NCBI RefSeq assembly: GCF_009914755.1
Contig: NC_060936.1
Strand: one strand, 5' to 3'
Source of the DNA: the human T2T-CHM13v2.0 reference genome, Homo sapiens
DNA: 64,000 nt
Shown: positions 14,351 through 32,006 of the stretch, piece by piece
How the letters are laid out: every line of letters begins with the position of its first letter
Numbering within the stretch: the first letter of the stretch is position 1
Translations under genes and position numbers: made by a program
Notes under the pieces: model-generated
Database searches by the model: none
The model's input: only the letters and a program-made list of their open reading frames with translations
What the model was told of the DNA's origin: nothing

Positions 14351-16572
14351 GAGAAACAGTGCATCTTCTGTGTTTCTTTAAAGCTTACTGTACTTACATA
14401 CCATTGTTTAGTTATTAGTGATGCTGGCTAATATTTACTGTGCTTTTCCGATGAAGTTGGTTTGCTTGTTTGTTTTAAAACAATCCTTGGCAATCAGTGA
14501 AAGGAAACTTAACTAGTTGCAAAATCAAGGGGAAACCTCTCCAGGGAAAATCCATAACAAAGACATGACTTAACTTCATTTTCTACAATGTAGACACATA
14601 CAGGGACCAGCGAAGAGCTAACCGAACAAGATAAGCAGGATGTGTTTTTCTGTCTAACATTAAAGAAGTTTCTTTATGGCAGCTAAATACAGAGCAGAGA
14701 ATTCAAAAAGTTAAAGGGAGAAATTTAAAAAACAACTGCACATTAACTTTTATAAACAACCACAATAGAATAGAAAAGCTAGTGATTGGCTATTCAAAAT
14801 AGAATGCAGACCCCTCCAGTAGGTGAAAATGTTATTCAGAACTGTTCAACAACTTTGAAGTTAAGTACCAAGATACTTAATACTACCCATGTATTATATT
14901 ATTTTGAACTCTGATCTAATTTCAAACAAGTAGAAATGGGAGAGTAATTTAAATGGGTGCTGTGAACCTAATAAAGAACATTTTTGTAGAAGATGCACTA
15001 AAAAGCAGACCTCAAACAGTATGGCCACTTTTTAAAGTTATCTTCACCTATAGGAAAAACTTGAGGCCTCTAGACTCTGTGGGCAGACATCAGCATTCTT
15101 TGAGGGTACCCTAAGTGCACAAAAACCACTAGGAAGAGCTCATCAGCTTCTGTGAGGCTTGCTCTGTGATCTCCAACCTTTGAGAGACAGTCAACGTCGT
15201 GAAGTGACAAAGAGGGTGGTGATCCTGGTTAAGAAGTTACAAACACCAACTCTCACCATGTAGCTATGTGACCTTCAACTAACCATTCACCTCCCTGACC
15301 TCAGTCTGCTCATCTAAAACAAGAGGGGAAGCCGGCTGGTCGAACTTTAGGTTTCCTCTAAATTTTCAGACACTGTGACCTTTAAGTTGCAAACTAGCAA
15401 TATGACTTTTGTCATCTCTGCTACTGTATTTGGTCAACTCTTGAGGGCCGATAGCAGAGGCAGGTGGAAGGAAAAGGAATGGGTAAAATGAGTAAGGCAA
15501 CTTACAGATATTCTGAACCTTTGTTTTCTCCTGTTAGAGAAACTCATAAGAAACAAAGAAGATTGACTTTGGTTTGACCTTTCCTCCTTCTATTAAACAT
15601 CTGTCATGGCCAAGCTGAAACGTGCCATGGTCCATGCCCTTAATGGGCTCACAATGAGATGGAAGAATTGTCTATAATTGTGTCCATGGCAAGTTTCTGT
15701 ACTAATTGATTGTACGATGGCCAGGTAGGAGCCAGGGAAACCTGGGTAATCCATGAAGCAGATCCCTTTAGTTGCAGAAAGTAAAACATGTATAATTTCT
15801 TTTGTACCACAATTTGGCATGCCCCATCTGTTTTCCCATCCTCATCTCTCCTGACTTCCCCACTCACCTTCTTAACTTTAGTCAAGCAAATCCACTACTC
15901 TGCTTTGCCCTTGCAAAGTTCGGGCTATTTTCTTACACATTAGATATGATACTTGGCTCTTCAGAAGTGGGGATGACTGTAACCACCAAGTGCAATCATA
16001 TTGCTTTAAAAAGACAAAAATAAAGAAGTTCCCAGGCTGAGGATGGCCATTATAGACCTGTTAGAGCTGCACTTCTCAGACCTGTGGAGCCTATCACAAC
16101 CCTGTTTTGAAACACAAGAAAGAAAAATAATAAATATCCTCAGAAAGAGAGGTTCTCCTGAAATTATAGGCCACTACCTCCCAAACTGTGTAGTGACAGC
16201 AACAACTGGACATGGTGGGAGTAATCAAAAGGCAAATCAGACCTTAAAAGGCAAATTTTTATTTCGTAAATGAGTTAAAACTGGCAAGTTTTAACTGGAA
16301 AGAGGTACAAGCATTTGATCTCAGTACTTTTCAATGATATGGGGAAGAAGAAGAACACAGGTGAGGGAATGTGAGAGATTTTCAGAAGGTATTAGAGGCC
16401 CTGAGGAAGCAGGAGAAACATGGGGGTTGGGAGCTGCAAGATCTGTAAGGCCTGAAGCCATCTGATGCAATTTGGAAGGTTAGTGGAATGAGCAGCACTG
16501 GGAAAGGTATCTTAACCAAGGGAAGGAAAGCAGCTGTAAAAGTTTCAAGCAATTAAATAAAACCAAGCTGCT

Positions 16573-16871
16573 GGCTGGGCATGTGGTGGCTCATGCGTGT
16601 AATCCCAGCACTTTGGGAGGGCAAGACAAGTAGATCACGAGGTCAGGAGTTCAAGACCAGCCTGGCCAACATGGTGAAACCCCATATCTACTAAAAATAC
16701 AAAAATTAGCAGGGTGTGGTGGTGGGCACCTGTAATCCCAGCTACTTGGGAGGCTGAAGCAGAGAATTGCTTGAACCCGGGAGGCAGAGGTTGCAGTGAG
16801 CCAAGATCACGCCACTGCACTCCAGCCTGGGCAACAAAGCGAGACTCCGTCTAAAAAACAAAAACAAAAAC
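16573..16871 (+). mobile_element. AluSg-type
   Basis: Full dimer; TSD AAACCAAGCTGC. Confidence 0.93.
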
Positions 16872-17125
16872 AAACCAAGCTGCCCTGAGCAGGTGCAGAT
16901 GGAGAAATCTGTACCTGGCTTGGACCTGGAACTCTCCCCACACAAGTATTTGCACACAAACTAGGTAGCTATTTGTATGATGATAAAGAATCCCTGAGGG
17001 GAAGCGTTACCTCTGGAAAGGTGAAGATGAGAGGCTTAATACAGGAAGTACTGCCTTTGAAGGAGTACTGTGCCTCCCACCATGAGAACATCTTTACACC
17101 CCACAAAGGCAGGGATTAAAAAATA

Positions 17126-17423
<298 letters not shown>

Positions 17424-17652
17424 TAAAAAAAATGTTTAAATCGATGTGTTCATTGATAGAACCCAAGTACTCAGAACAGTGCCTGGTACATAGCAGGTAC
17501 TCAGTAAATTTGTTGAATAAATGAATGATATCAATTCCCAGGAAAGCATCTCTTTGAATTTGTCTGAGGCTTGCCAAAAACCCAAGTCACACAGACGAGA
17601 GACAGGTGGCAGCAGACCCTGCCCCTTCTCATGGATTACTGCCCTGAGTGGG

Positions 17653-17900
17653 TGTCTTAGGTCAGTTCTTCAGGAGACAGAGGTTTGTTTACAGAAAGTT
17701 TACTGGGGAATTATTGCAGAAAAAAATATTACTGGGGAGTGGAGGAAGTAAAACGAGCAAATGCGAAGCTGAACTGCAATATAGTTATGACAGCCTCAGA
17801 CGATCTCAAGAGGAGCTCTGGGGCCAAAATGGCTTCTGAGAGTGATCCTGTCCTGAGGGAAGTGGAGCGGATCTCTACGTACCCCCATCCACCTACACGT
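17653..17900 (-). mobile_element. Ancient ERVL-class LTR fragment (LTR33-like)
   Basis: TGTCTTAGGTCAG...GAACTGCAAT...GGAGCTCTGG resemblance, recalled from memory. Confidence 0.4.
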
Positions 17901-18112
17901 CCAGCAGCTGGAGGAATGTATGCTTCATCCTGAAGTACGTCTGGGCAGTACGTCACAGCATTCATCACAGTGGTTTTTTTCTGTGAGTTTGGGGGTGGGG
18001 AGGAGAATTACATCATTTGTGTACCCCATATTGGAGGTGACTGTTTCATCTTTGCTCCTGGTAGCAGCTCATAGAAACCAATTCTGGCTCCCTTAAGCTA
18101 CTTATGAAATAA

Positions 18113-18825
<713 letters not shown>

Positions 18826-19918
18826 TCTTCAAGATCTTAAGTGTCAAAATAGATCATCTAATTGGCTTAGCTTAGTTCACGTACCCACCATTAGCTAGGG
18901 GTGGACATAGAACAGTCCCATTAAAATTGCACAGTGGGGGTGGGGAGAATGTATGCTGAAATACACACACATATTTACATATACACAAATTCAAAACATG
19001 CCCAATAACTAGCTACAAGGATAAATTCCTTCTCCCCCACCTGGGCAAAAAAGTATGAACAATTGACTCATACATCACTGTTGCAGAGAGGGTGGGAAAT
19101 GCCTCATGAAGAGTCACATCACACTTCCAGGTCATCAAAGAGGATGGCATTTTAAAATTAGCAAGATACAATTCTAATAATCTAAACAGGTTTTTTTTCT
19201 AAAGGGAAAAATAAGAGCAATGTCCTCATTTTCCAGAGAACAAAATAGCGAAACTTGTTTTCAAGAGTAAGTAAATTAAAATCAGACCTTTCTGCAATTT
19301 TTTGCTGCTCTTTTCTCTTTGCCTTTGTTTGCTTGTTTCCTTTTATACCTAGTCCTGCAGACCGTTTGCCTTTTTAAATAGATTATCCCATGGAGGTTAA
19401 GACTAAACAAGGCGATGAAAAGGAGATAAGAGTTTCTATTCATTGCTCCTAAGTGCTAGTTAGGCCAAGGCTCACAGCGGGTAGTCTTCAGATTACTTCT
19501 ATAGTGTCGTAAGTTATATTTGATGCTGCTCTTTCCCCAGGAAACAGGGAGGTCTCGTCACTGAGACTGCACAGTATCAGACACTGAGTAGCCACTCAAT
19601 ATGTGTTGGAAAAATGTAAGGAACAGAGAAAGAGAGGAAAGGAGAGAGGAAGAGAGAAAGAGAGAAAGGGGCAAGGAAGGTTACCCTTTGACTCATAGGC
19701 TTTTAGATTACAGGTGGATAACACATCTTACTCACATATGACCTTTTCTGACTAGCAACCATGTGGCAAGATCTATAGAGACTTGGGGGATGGCAGCCAG
19801 GAACTATTGAGAAATCTTCTGATTAGTTGAAGAGTATGGGTTTTTGTAAGTATAGAGCAGAGCACATTTTGAGAATCTTTTACTGATTGGTGATTTATTC
19901 AAAAAACTATTGAAAGGC

Positions 19919-20244
19919 GGCCGGGCACGGTGGCTCACGCCTGTAATCCCAGCACTTTGGGAGGCCAAGGCGGGTGGATCACGAGGTCAGGAGATCGAGA
20001 CCATCCTGGCTAACACGGTGAAACCCTGTCTCTACTAAAAATACAACAACAAAAAAAATTAGCTGGGTGTGGTGGCGGGCACCCGTAGTCCTAGCTACTC
20101 AGGAGGCTGAGGCAGGAGAATGGCGTGAACCCGGAAGGCAGAGCTTGCAGTGAGCCGAGATAGTGCCACTGCACCCCAGCCTGGGCTACAGAGCGAGACT
20201 CCGTCTCAAAAAAAACAAAACAAAACAAAACAAAAAACAAACAA
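19919..20244 (+). mobile_element. AluY
   Basis: Y diagnostics; perfect 18-bp TSD AAAAAACTATTGAAAGGC (19901-19918, 20245-20262). Confidence 0.96.
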
Positions 20245-21430
20245 AAAAAACTATTGAAAGGCTAACAGTTTTGAAGGGAAGACGTGGAAAAATAGAAATT
20301 CATAAATGATTTCTAATCCAACAATCTTATTTTACAGATAAGAATGCTGAGGACTAGAAAAGTAAGGCAAGACTTCTGCTTCTAGCCAAAATGCAGTAGG
20401 AGGGACCATATTTACCTCCCCACTCACACTGGACAAAAAAAAAAAAGTATATATCTATATCTATATTTACATCAATCAATGGTTTTCTGACATTTGATAT
20501 CAGGCAACACAGGACAGTGATCCACAAGATAAGGAAAACAAATAAGTTGAGTTTCCCAGGTTCCTGCCTGGAAAGAGTTTCGAGGGTACAGCACAGGGAG
20601 GAGAAATCCAAGCAGAGCCCAGCAGTCTCTCTAAGTTGAGGAAGTGAATCTGGGAATCTGGGAGGGTCAATGGAGCTAGAGTTCCCAGGGCAGAATATCA
20701 GCACACTAGAGAGAAGAGAACTGCACCGAGAGAGCAGCAGAGGTCTGCAGAGGGCTCCCCAAAAGTCTTCAGCTGGGTACCCATCAGTGAATGTGTGTGA
20801 GGAAACTGTCCAGATCAACTGGAAAGAAGGAGATGATGCTCCTGATGCTCACACAGGGCTGCAAATATTTCATGATCCCATTCCCACCAGAGCAGAAAAC
20901 TTCATAGTTCATGGAGCAATGGGTAGAGTACTCACAAAAGTGTTGCATCAGTAATGGAGAAAAATACCCCTAAAGTAAAGACTTCCTGGTTTTACCTAAT
21001 GAAGCTCAAAATAATGCCCCAAAGGGGTCAAACTGTTTCCAAGTAACATAACTTTAGGACAAAGATTAAAATTATTTCTAGGAATACAAAATTAGCTAGT
21101 GCCCAGTGAGGTCAAATTCTTGATGTCTGCCATTAAGTAAAAAATTACCAGCCATAAAAAAAAACAAAAAAACAAACAAACAAAAAATAACAGAAAAGTA
21201 ACACTAATAAAGAAGAGAAATTGATCAATAGAAGGAGATCCAGAAATCATACAGATGATACAGTTAACAGATAAGGACAATGAGACAGTTATAATCTATA
21301 CATTCAAGAAGTAAAAGACCATGTTGAGTAGAGATATGAAAAATTTAAAAGGACTCAAATTGAACTTCTAATGATGAAAAATATAATACGTGTAATGAAA
21401 AATGCACTGGATTGAATTAATATCAGATTA

Positions 21431-21752
<322 letters not shown>

Positions 21753-22046
21753 GGATAAAGTCATAGCAATAGCAACTATCCAAAATGAAATAGAAGAAAA
21801 GACTGAAAAAAATAAAAAGGGCATAGTGAGCTCTAGGACAACTTCAGGCAGCCTTTATATTAATATATATAATTAAAAACGCTAAGGGCAAGGAACAAAA
21901 AGTATATTTACAGAAATATTAGATAAAAAGCTTCCAAATATGGCAAAGTTAAAACTCCACAATTCCAAGAACTTTAAAGAACCTCAAGCACAAGAAACAT
22001 GAATAAAATTACACAAAAACACATCATAAAGAAATTACCTAAAACC

Positions 22047-22354
<308 letters not shown>

Positions 22355-22373
22355 TTACCTAAAACCTATGATA

Positions 22374-23097
<724 letters not shown>

Positions 23098-23174
23098 GGA
23101 ACAATATTTTTTTAAGTACTAAAAGGAAAAAATTAGTCAACCTAGAAATCTCTACCCCATGAAAACATCTTTCC

Positions 23175-23482
23175 TTTTTTTAATTTTTATTTTCATTTTG
23201 AGATGGAGTCTTACTCTGTCTTCCAGGCTGCAGTGCAGTAGTGCAATCTCGGCTCACTGCAACCTCCACCTCCTGGGCTCAAGCAATCCTCGTGCCTCAG
23301 CCTCCTGAGTAGCTGGGACTATAGGAGCCTGCCACCTAACCTGGCTAATTTTTTGTATTTTTAGTAGAGACAGGGTCTCACCACATTGGCCAGGCTGGCC
23401 TTGAACTCCTGACCTCAAGTGATCTGCCCACCTAGGCCTCCTAAAGTGCTGGGATTACAGGTGTGAGCCACCGTGCCCAGCC
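23175..23482 (-). mobile_element. AluSz/Jb-type
   Basis: CCTGACCTCAAGTGATC; TSD A(C/T)ATCTTTC. Confidence 0.9.
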
Positions 23483-23504
23483 ATATCTTTCAAAAATTAA
23501 GTCA

Positions 23505-24582
<1,078 letters not shown>

Positions 24583-25114
24583 TCAAACATATAAAAGCTG
24601 AAGTAATTCAAAGTAATTCATCACTAACAGACTCGAACCACTGGAACTATTAATGGAAGTATTTCAGGTGGAAAATAAATAATACCAGATGGGATCTTGG
24701 ATCCAAAAAAAATTAGAAAGCCAGAAATGGTAAATATGTGTATGGGAGAGACGGGTAAAATATTTTTCTTAAATTAAAAATCACTTCAAAAGATAATTGA
24801 TTATTTAAATAGACTTATGACAATGTATTTTGAAGTACACTGCAAATGTAGATGTAAAATATATGACAATCGTGGCACAAAGGTCAGGAGAGGGGAGTGG
24901 AAAGGTGCTGTTGTAAGGTTGTTATACTGTGTAAAATAGTATATTACTTGAAGGCATATTGTGATAAGTTAAAGATGTTTTACTATAAGTCCTAAAGGAA
25001 GCTCAAGTAAAAACTTCTCAATTCATAAGGCAGAAAAAAAGGAAAACAGAGAATAAAGAACAGATAAGACATAGAGAAAAATAATAGTACCATGATACAT
25101 CAATAGTCACATTT

Positions 25115-25409
<295 letters not shown>

Positions 25410-26714
25410 GTCACATTCAATGTAAATGGTCTGAACAGCAATTAAAGGGCAGAGATTGTCTGACTGTAGCAACCAAGCAAGACCTAATTATATGGTGCTT
25501 ATAAGAATTCTCTCTCTCTCTCTCTCCAAATATATAGATAGATATAGATGTAGGAATGAATTAAAAGAAAGCCAAAGCAGCTATATTATTATCAGACCAA
25601 GTAGAATTCTGAGCGAAGAATATTTCCAGGAGTTTACTAATGGCAAAGATATCAATTCCTCAAGACAGTCCGAAATATTTATGCACCTAATAACAGAGTT
25701 TCAAAATAGGTGGAGCAAAAATTTACTAAACTGCAGGAAAAGCAGAGAAATCCACAGTTATAGTCTAGGATTTCAACAATTCTTTCTCAATAATTGTTAC
25801 AACAAGGAAATAGATAATCAGTAAGTATATAGAAGACTTGGAAAACTCTATCAACCAACTTGACATACTTGATATTTATAGAACACTCCACCCAACAACA
25901 GCAGAATACACATTCTTTTCAAGTACACTCACAACATGTACTAAGATAGGCCAAGTCTTAATAAATTTAGAAGGATTTAAGTTATACCAACTATACTCTA
26001 AGTATATTCTCTGACCATAATAGAACTGAAATAGAAATCCAAGAGTAGACTCACTCATGTATGGTCAGTTGGTTTTTGACAAAAATGTCAAGGTAATTTA
26101 ATGGGGAAAGTAATGTTTCAATGAATCATTCTGGAAATTTTTGTTAACTATATGAAAAAGAAAAAGAAGAAGGAGGAGGAGGAGGAGGGAAGAAATTCAA
26201 CCCTTACTTCACACCATTTACAAAAATGTAAGAGCTAAAACCATAAAACATATAGAAATCACAAAAATCCCAGGGGGAAATATTAGATGTCTTGTGTTTA
26301 GCAAAGATTTCTTACATGTGACACACAAGAAAACATAAATTTTGAAAGACAATAACGGCAAAGGTAAGTACCTGAAACCTCTGTTAGTCTTCTCACGGTT
26401 GATGATCTCTCTGAATCATCATGGCCAGCTTGCTTCCAGTGGTGCCAGGTCACACTTGATTAATGACACGCCAGTGCTACTCATTCCTCTCCCAGGGTCT
26501 ACACGAAACCCTCCTTGCTTTTCCTACATTTTCCTGTGAGGGTCCTCATTGCTGTGCTTTAATTTACTTCATTTTCAGTATAAAGTATGTGAGATATACA
26601 GAAAGCTTAAAGAATACTCATGAGCCCACCACCTAGCTTAATATCTCATTTTTTAAAACTATTTTTAAAATTATTTTTCTTTTTAATTATTATGGGTGTA
26701 TATATTTATGAGGA

Positions 26715-26935
26715 AGAGATATCTGCATTCCCATGTTTTTTGTAGCACTATTCACAATAGCCAAGATATGGGATCAACCTAAGTATCCATAAATGGATGA
26801 ATGGATAAAGAAAACGTGCTATGTATGTACAATGGAGTATTACTGAGCCATAAAAAAGAATGAAATTCTGTCATTTGCAACAACATGTGTGGAACTAGAG
26901 GACATTATGTCAAGTGGAATAAGCCAGGCACATAA
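26715..26935 (+). mobile_element. L1MA/PB ORF2 C-terminal fragment
   Basis: GCACTATTCACAATAGCCAAGATATGG...GCCATAAAAAAGAATGAAATTCTGTCATTTGCAACAACATG. Confidence 0.85.
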
Positions 26936-28424
26936 AATTATCTTCTACGCAGCTATTTTTTTGCCGTCAATAATTTTTTGCTTCTCAAGGACAGGGAGCA
27001 TAGCTTCAGTCTTACTCTCAACTCTAGCACAATGCCCAATAGACAGTGGGTATTAAGTAAATGCTTGAAGAGAGAGAAAGAGAGAGAGACAGAGAGGTTG
27101 CAAGCACTCAGCTACCCTCTGGATTAACAATTGCCTCTCTTTGTGAGGACTTAAGAGGACGGAACAAGTGAGGCATGAGACGCACTTGCAGGACTCTGAG
27201 AGTGACAGTCTCCCTTAGCACTTCCCTTGCCTTGAGAGGAGGGCTGTGTGTGGTTGAGATAAAGCTCCAGGTAAAGAGGTAAAGTTCTTAACTCTGTGCT
27301 CTGAGCTCTACTTCCCCTTTGTTGCCTCTCTTATGTGGTTTCAGTTTAGACTCTACTTTTAATAACACATACACTCACACCAGCCTCCCTGTCTCTTCCA
27401 GCAATCCTCCCTGCACCCATCCACTGCCACTCAGCCGCCATTACTCAGATGCCCCACTGTGGCTGCTGCCTTGAGCCAAGCTGTGGTCGAGGCCACCTCC
27501 CCAGCATGCTGTTCTGCCAGAGCTCACTTTCTTGTCTTCCTGGTGCATTGGCTACCTGGTTCTTCCTAGAAACTGTCCTGCTTTTTTGTTTTCCCCCCAG
27601 CATTGCAAGTTGTACTCAGGGCCCCTATGATTCATGTCCAAACCCTGCCTTCCATCTTCTGGGGGGAGTACTCAAAGTAGAGAATGTGCAATCAGATTGG
27701 GCTGAGCTGGCCTTGTCCCTTTTGTGGAGATGATGACATGGAGGATTGGGTGGGTTTGGGAAAGATGTACGAGGTGGGAATGTGCTGAGACAAGCTAAAT
27801 GCCACTGTGGTTAGAAGTCTCTGTTTTCTAGCAATTGTGAAGCAGTGGGACTGCCCCTCTTTCTAGAAGTCAAAACAAACCTTAGAAAACCAGTGCAAAT
27901 GAGCCTTTCTGCCCCGTATTTCTCAAGACCCACTGCTTTGCTTGTAACCAAAGTCCTCTACAGAGAGATACCAGTTCCTAGCCCGGGCTCTGGTCACTCT
28001 CCTGACCAGACAGAGGAAGGACAAATTCCTTTCCCTTATCAAAGCCAAGGATCTGACTTAGGATAACAGAATCTTGGGTTGGGAGGGCTCCCTCAAGAAA
28101 CATGTCATCCATTCCCCTGCCTTCAGCTGAGTTTTCATTTACTCCTCTGTGAAGACACCCTTGGCTGTCTGCCCTCCCCAGAAGCAGCCCCTACTTACTC
28201 ACACTTTTTTGGTGATTGGCAACTCCATGAACATGTCACAGACTGGAAGAATACCTTTCTGAGATATGATCTAGACGTCACTGCTTTAGTGCAAGACTAG
28301 TTTCTCTTGTCTTGTTCCTCATGGAGAAGGGAATAGAAAAGATGGGGGCTGGAAGGGCATCAGAGGAAGGAATAGAAACGGAAACCAAGACAACTGAGTC
28401 CAAGGCTGAAGGCACTCTGTTCTA

Positions 28425-28597
28425 CCTAAACTCTTGCCATTCAAAATGCGGCCCATGGGACAGGTGCATGAGCCTAACCTGGGAGCTCAGTAGAAATGCA
28501 GAATCTCGGGCCCCACTGCAGACCCACTGAATCAGATTCTGCATTTTTGTCAAGATCACCAAGTGATTCATTTGTGCATTAAGTTTGAGGAGCACTG
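28425..28597. mobile_element. MER5A hAT MITE
   Basis: TAGAAATGCAGAATCTCGGGCCCCAC...CTGAATCAGATTCTGCATTTT...AAGTTTGAGGAGCACTG. Confidence 0.85.
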
Positions 28598-29029
28598 GGC
28601 TGGGGCTCATTCTCCATCACTCACTGTAAACGTTGGGTCCAGAGCCTCAGCCCAGAGCTGGATTCTGTGTCAGAGCATCTGAATCTGTCTCTATGCAACA
28701 CACCCTGCCTTCAGCCCTCTCCAGGGCTCAGCTAGAGAATTATCAAAGCCATCCAGCCCAAACCTTTTGACTTTGAAGGAGAGCGGGAGTGTTCCCCCAG
28801 ATGGATGGGTCAACTTGACTTTAATCATATGGAAAAGCCCTTCCTATATGCTGAGCTATGGCCGTGCCCACCACACCACCAACATAGCTCCACCTTGGAG
28901 CTGGTTTTGAGCTTATTACAGGGAACTGCATTTTGTTGGGTGGTGATGTTTTTTTCTTTACGTGTGCATGATTCATTGGGATTGCTTCTTTTTGTTTTTT
29001 AACAAAGGGTAGTTTTTGTGTTTTTGAAT

Positions 29030-30110
29030 GACACCTTTACGGTCCCCGTTACCCCAACCCCCTTTGATGCAAGGCCTCTGTTTTTAAGCATCAGGGTTCT
29101 GCCACCCGGACCTGGTGAGGCATATTTAAAGCTGTTTAAATTGACAGACCGGGCAAACAGGATTAAGTCGGTGGGCCCAGAAGGGGAGGTGGGGGCAGGG
29201 GGAGAGTTGCAGAATGGTTTACATGGATGAGCAGGACAGCCGGCTGGGCTGGGAAGGGGCCTATCGCTCCAGCCGGCCAAGAATTCTCGATCTGGGAGGT
29301 AGGCAGAGAGTTTGCAATCTGCCGGTGATTGGATTAGACATGGTGTGAAATTTGGAGCAGGGCTACGAGGCTGGGGCGGGGGCCCAGGCTGCTGTGGGGC
29401 CAGGCTGCCGAGGCCCCGCTGAGGAGACCGTGTCGGGATGCCTGTCCCTGCCCCAGCAGGCCTTGGCGACAGCGTCAATGTCACAGCCCTCGGAGGCTCC
29501 CCCACAGCTGGGCCGTGTTGTCTTCCCACACCACTGAGCCTTCAGTGCTTTCTCAGGGAAAGCAGAGGCCGCCTGGGCCCCCATTCACAGGGCCCCTTCA
29601 CCCTTGGCCTCTCAGCGGTGGCCCAGGCTGCGCAGGAGTAAGACGCCTCCGTCTTTCAAGTCTTTGGGTTCTGAACAGCTCCCTCTTGATATCTTTTTTT
29701 CGCCTTTTTCTTTCTTTGTCTCTCCTTCTCATCTTTCGAGTTTTCTCACTCCCTCTCGCACAATCTGTTTCATTCAGGAGGATGCCGCTCCATCTGGATT
29801 TGTTCAAGGGCCCAAATCAGCTTGGGTTTTCCACTTTTTCAGGGATTTGGAGGTTCTGATTAACCTCTTTGAGGATTTTGAATCTTATTCCAGAACCCTA
29901 ATCAGGCAACTGTGGGGGTGGGGGGTAGGGAAGGGGGGTGTGGAATTCGTCATCGCTGGGACGTTGACAATGTGTGACAGAGGCAGTAACACAAGGTGCA
30001 AGGCTAAAGAGACGGGCGGGTGGGGGGCCGAGAGGAGGAAGATGAAGGATGGAAGTGGATTTGAATGGGCATTCCCAAAGCCCATCCAATAATGAAACGG
30101 GCTCTTTTTG
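29030..30110. promoter_or_regulatory. CpG-enriched unique element, candidate developmental enhancer or promoter
   Basis: About 35 CpG by eye in about 1.07 kb, repeat-free; TGACAG, GGATTA, ATTGG and GC-box motifs; two G4 motifs. Confidence 0.55.
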
Positions 30111-31455
30111 TCAGGAGAGCCAGTAGTGAGAGCCAGAGTATGGACACCTGGATCCCTGGCGGAGAACTGTGAAGCTAGATGTCTCTTGACCTCCTTTCTG
30201 ACTCTTGTCTATAAAAGGCAAATTTTAAAAACAAAAAACAAAGCAAACAAACAAGCAAACAACTCTAAGCTATCTTGCCCACCTAGAGAACTCTTTAATT
30301 CTAACTCGTCTCCTCAGCTACTGCACAAGTATAGCTTTGGCCAAGTTTTCTTTCTTCTCCATCTTGGCTTCACTGTGTCCGAAGCAGAGGTGTGAGTGAT
30401 CACATTCACTTCATCTGCTTTGAAAAGTCCTCCATCTGTTGATCCAGGAAAGACCTCCCAAGGGCATCTAGTTATATGACTGTAGTATCTCAGAGCAGAG
30501 AAAGATCACAGAAACAAGCTCCATTTCTTCACAAATAATGAACTTGAGAACCCTTGGGTCCCGGTGTCACTTCAAAGTGTCCAGTCATCTCACCAGCTCC
30601 CCCTTGTTAAATGGTCAGTCCTCTTAACAGTTGGGGCAAAGCTCAAAATAGAACACAGGTCTCACACTTCCCGTTCAGGGCTCTTTTCTCTTCTGCCTGC
30701 TGGGTCCACGTAGCTCTGCCTCCAGGGACACCTGGGCTTGGTTCCCAATAAACCATGAAAGGCTTGTTCTTTCTGTGATAGCCAGGAAAGTACCTGTCAG
30801 GACGGTACCTTTCTCTCTTCCCCTCTCCTATATTCTCTCTTGCTCTGAGTGCAAACCTAGGCGAAGGAGAGCAAGTCCGGCCTCTCCCAGTCACAGGCGT
30901 AGTTACCGACTTCTCTCTCGGCATGGGACTTTTGTGCCTCCTTGATGTCTTTTAGAGTGGATATCCTGTATTAGTAAATATATTTCATGTCATGGGCCAA
31001 TTTGGATCTATTTGCATTGTCTACTCAGGTTCCAAGTCCAACTCTGGGTTTACTACAGAAGAATGTTGGAACTAATAGGAATGCTCACCATGGATGAGGA
31101 AAAACTGCAACTTCTGAGCTTGGTCTCAAAGGCAGGTTGGCACACCTCTGAGAGGACATGTGTCCCCAGATCTGCAATGGTCCCACCCATATTTCCAAAA
31201 CCAGCCACTTCTCCTTCTAACGAGGGTCCCTCCCCTCTCTTGCTACAGCCTGCAGCATGCTCAGGGCTTCCCTTGCCTTTGTGTGGTCATTAAAACGAGA
31301 GGTTTTTCTGGTGGAGAGAAAAAGCTTTTTGAACACTTCAATCACCAATATGCAAATAAAAACCCAATTATAGAGACACCGACAGATCATGGGGCTTGCT
31401 GAAAATGTTCCCAATTCTGCAGGCATCTTCTACCTGCAATTGTCAGTGCACTGTG

Positions 31456-32006
31456 TGTGGCAGCAAGTCTCCAAAGGTGGCATCCCAATCATTCTTCACC
31501 TCCCTGTACTTGTATATGCTTCTCCAATTGAGACAAGGAGACAGAGTCTATTTCCCCTCCTCTGATTCTGAGCTAGCCTGTGACTTGCTTGGACCCATAG
31601 AATTCGGCAAAAGTAACTTTTTGGAATTTCCAAGCCCAGGTCTTCAGAGGATTGGTAGCTTCTGCTTCCTCTCTCTTTGGAAGCCAGCTGGGATGTGAGG
31701 AGTCCAGCTCGCTTAAGCCCACAACGCTGTGAGGAAACCCAAGGTGGCCACGTGGAGAGGCCACATGGAGGAGCACCAAGGCATCAGACACATGAATAAA
31801 ATATTCTTGGGTTTTCAACCCAGCCCAGGCACTAGTGGAATGCAGGCAAGTGAATGACCCCAGATAATAGGTTATGCTCAGAACTGCCTGGCTGAGTCCT
31901 GCCCGAATTCCTGACCCAGAGAATCATGGAAAATCATAAATTATTGTTATTTTAAGCCACTAAATTTTGGAGTGCTTTGCTACACATAAATAGATAACTG
32001 GAAACG
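31456..32006 (+). mobile_element. MLT1G/H MaLR solo LTR
   Basis: GCCTGTGACTTGCTTGGACC...TTTTAAGCCACTAAATTTTGG...ATAGATAACTGGAA. Confidence 0.82.

Noticed and set aside
28999-30092. Overlapping 114-176 aa ORFs and a K/R-rich minus-strand peptide suggesting an HMG-type retrocopy
   Set aside because: No recognisable domain, poly(A) tail or TSD; long ORFs are expected in GC-rich DNA.
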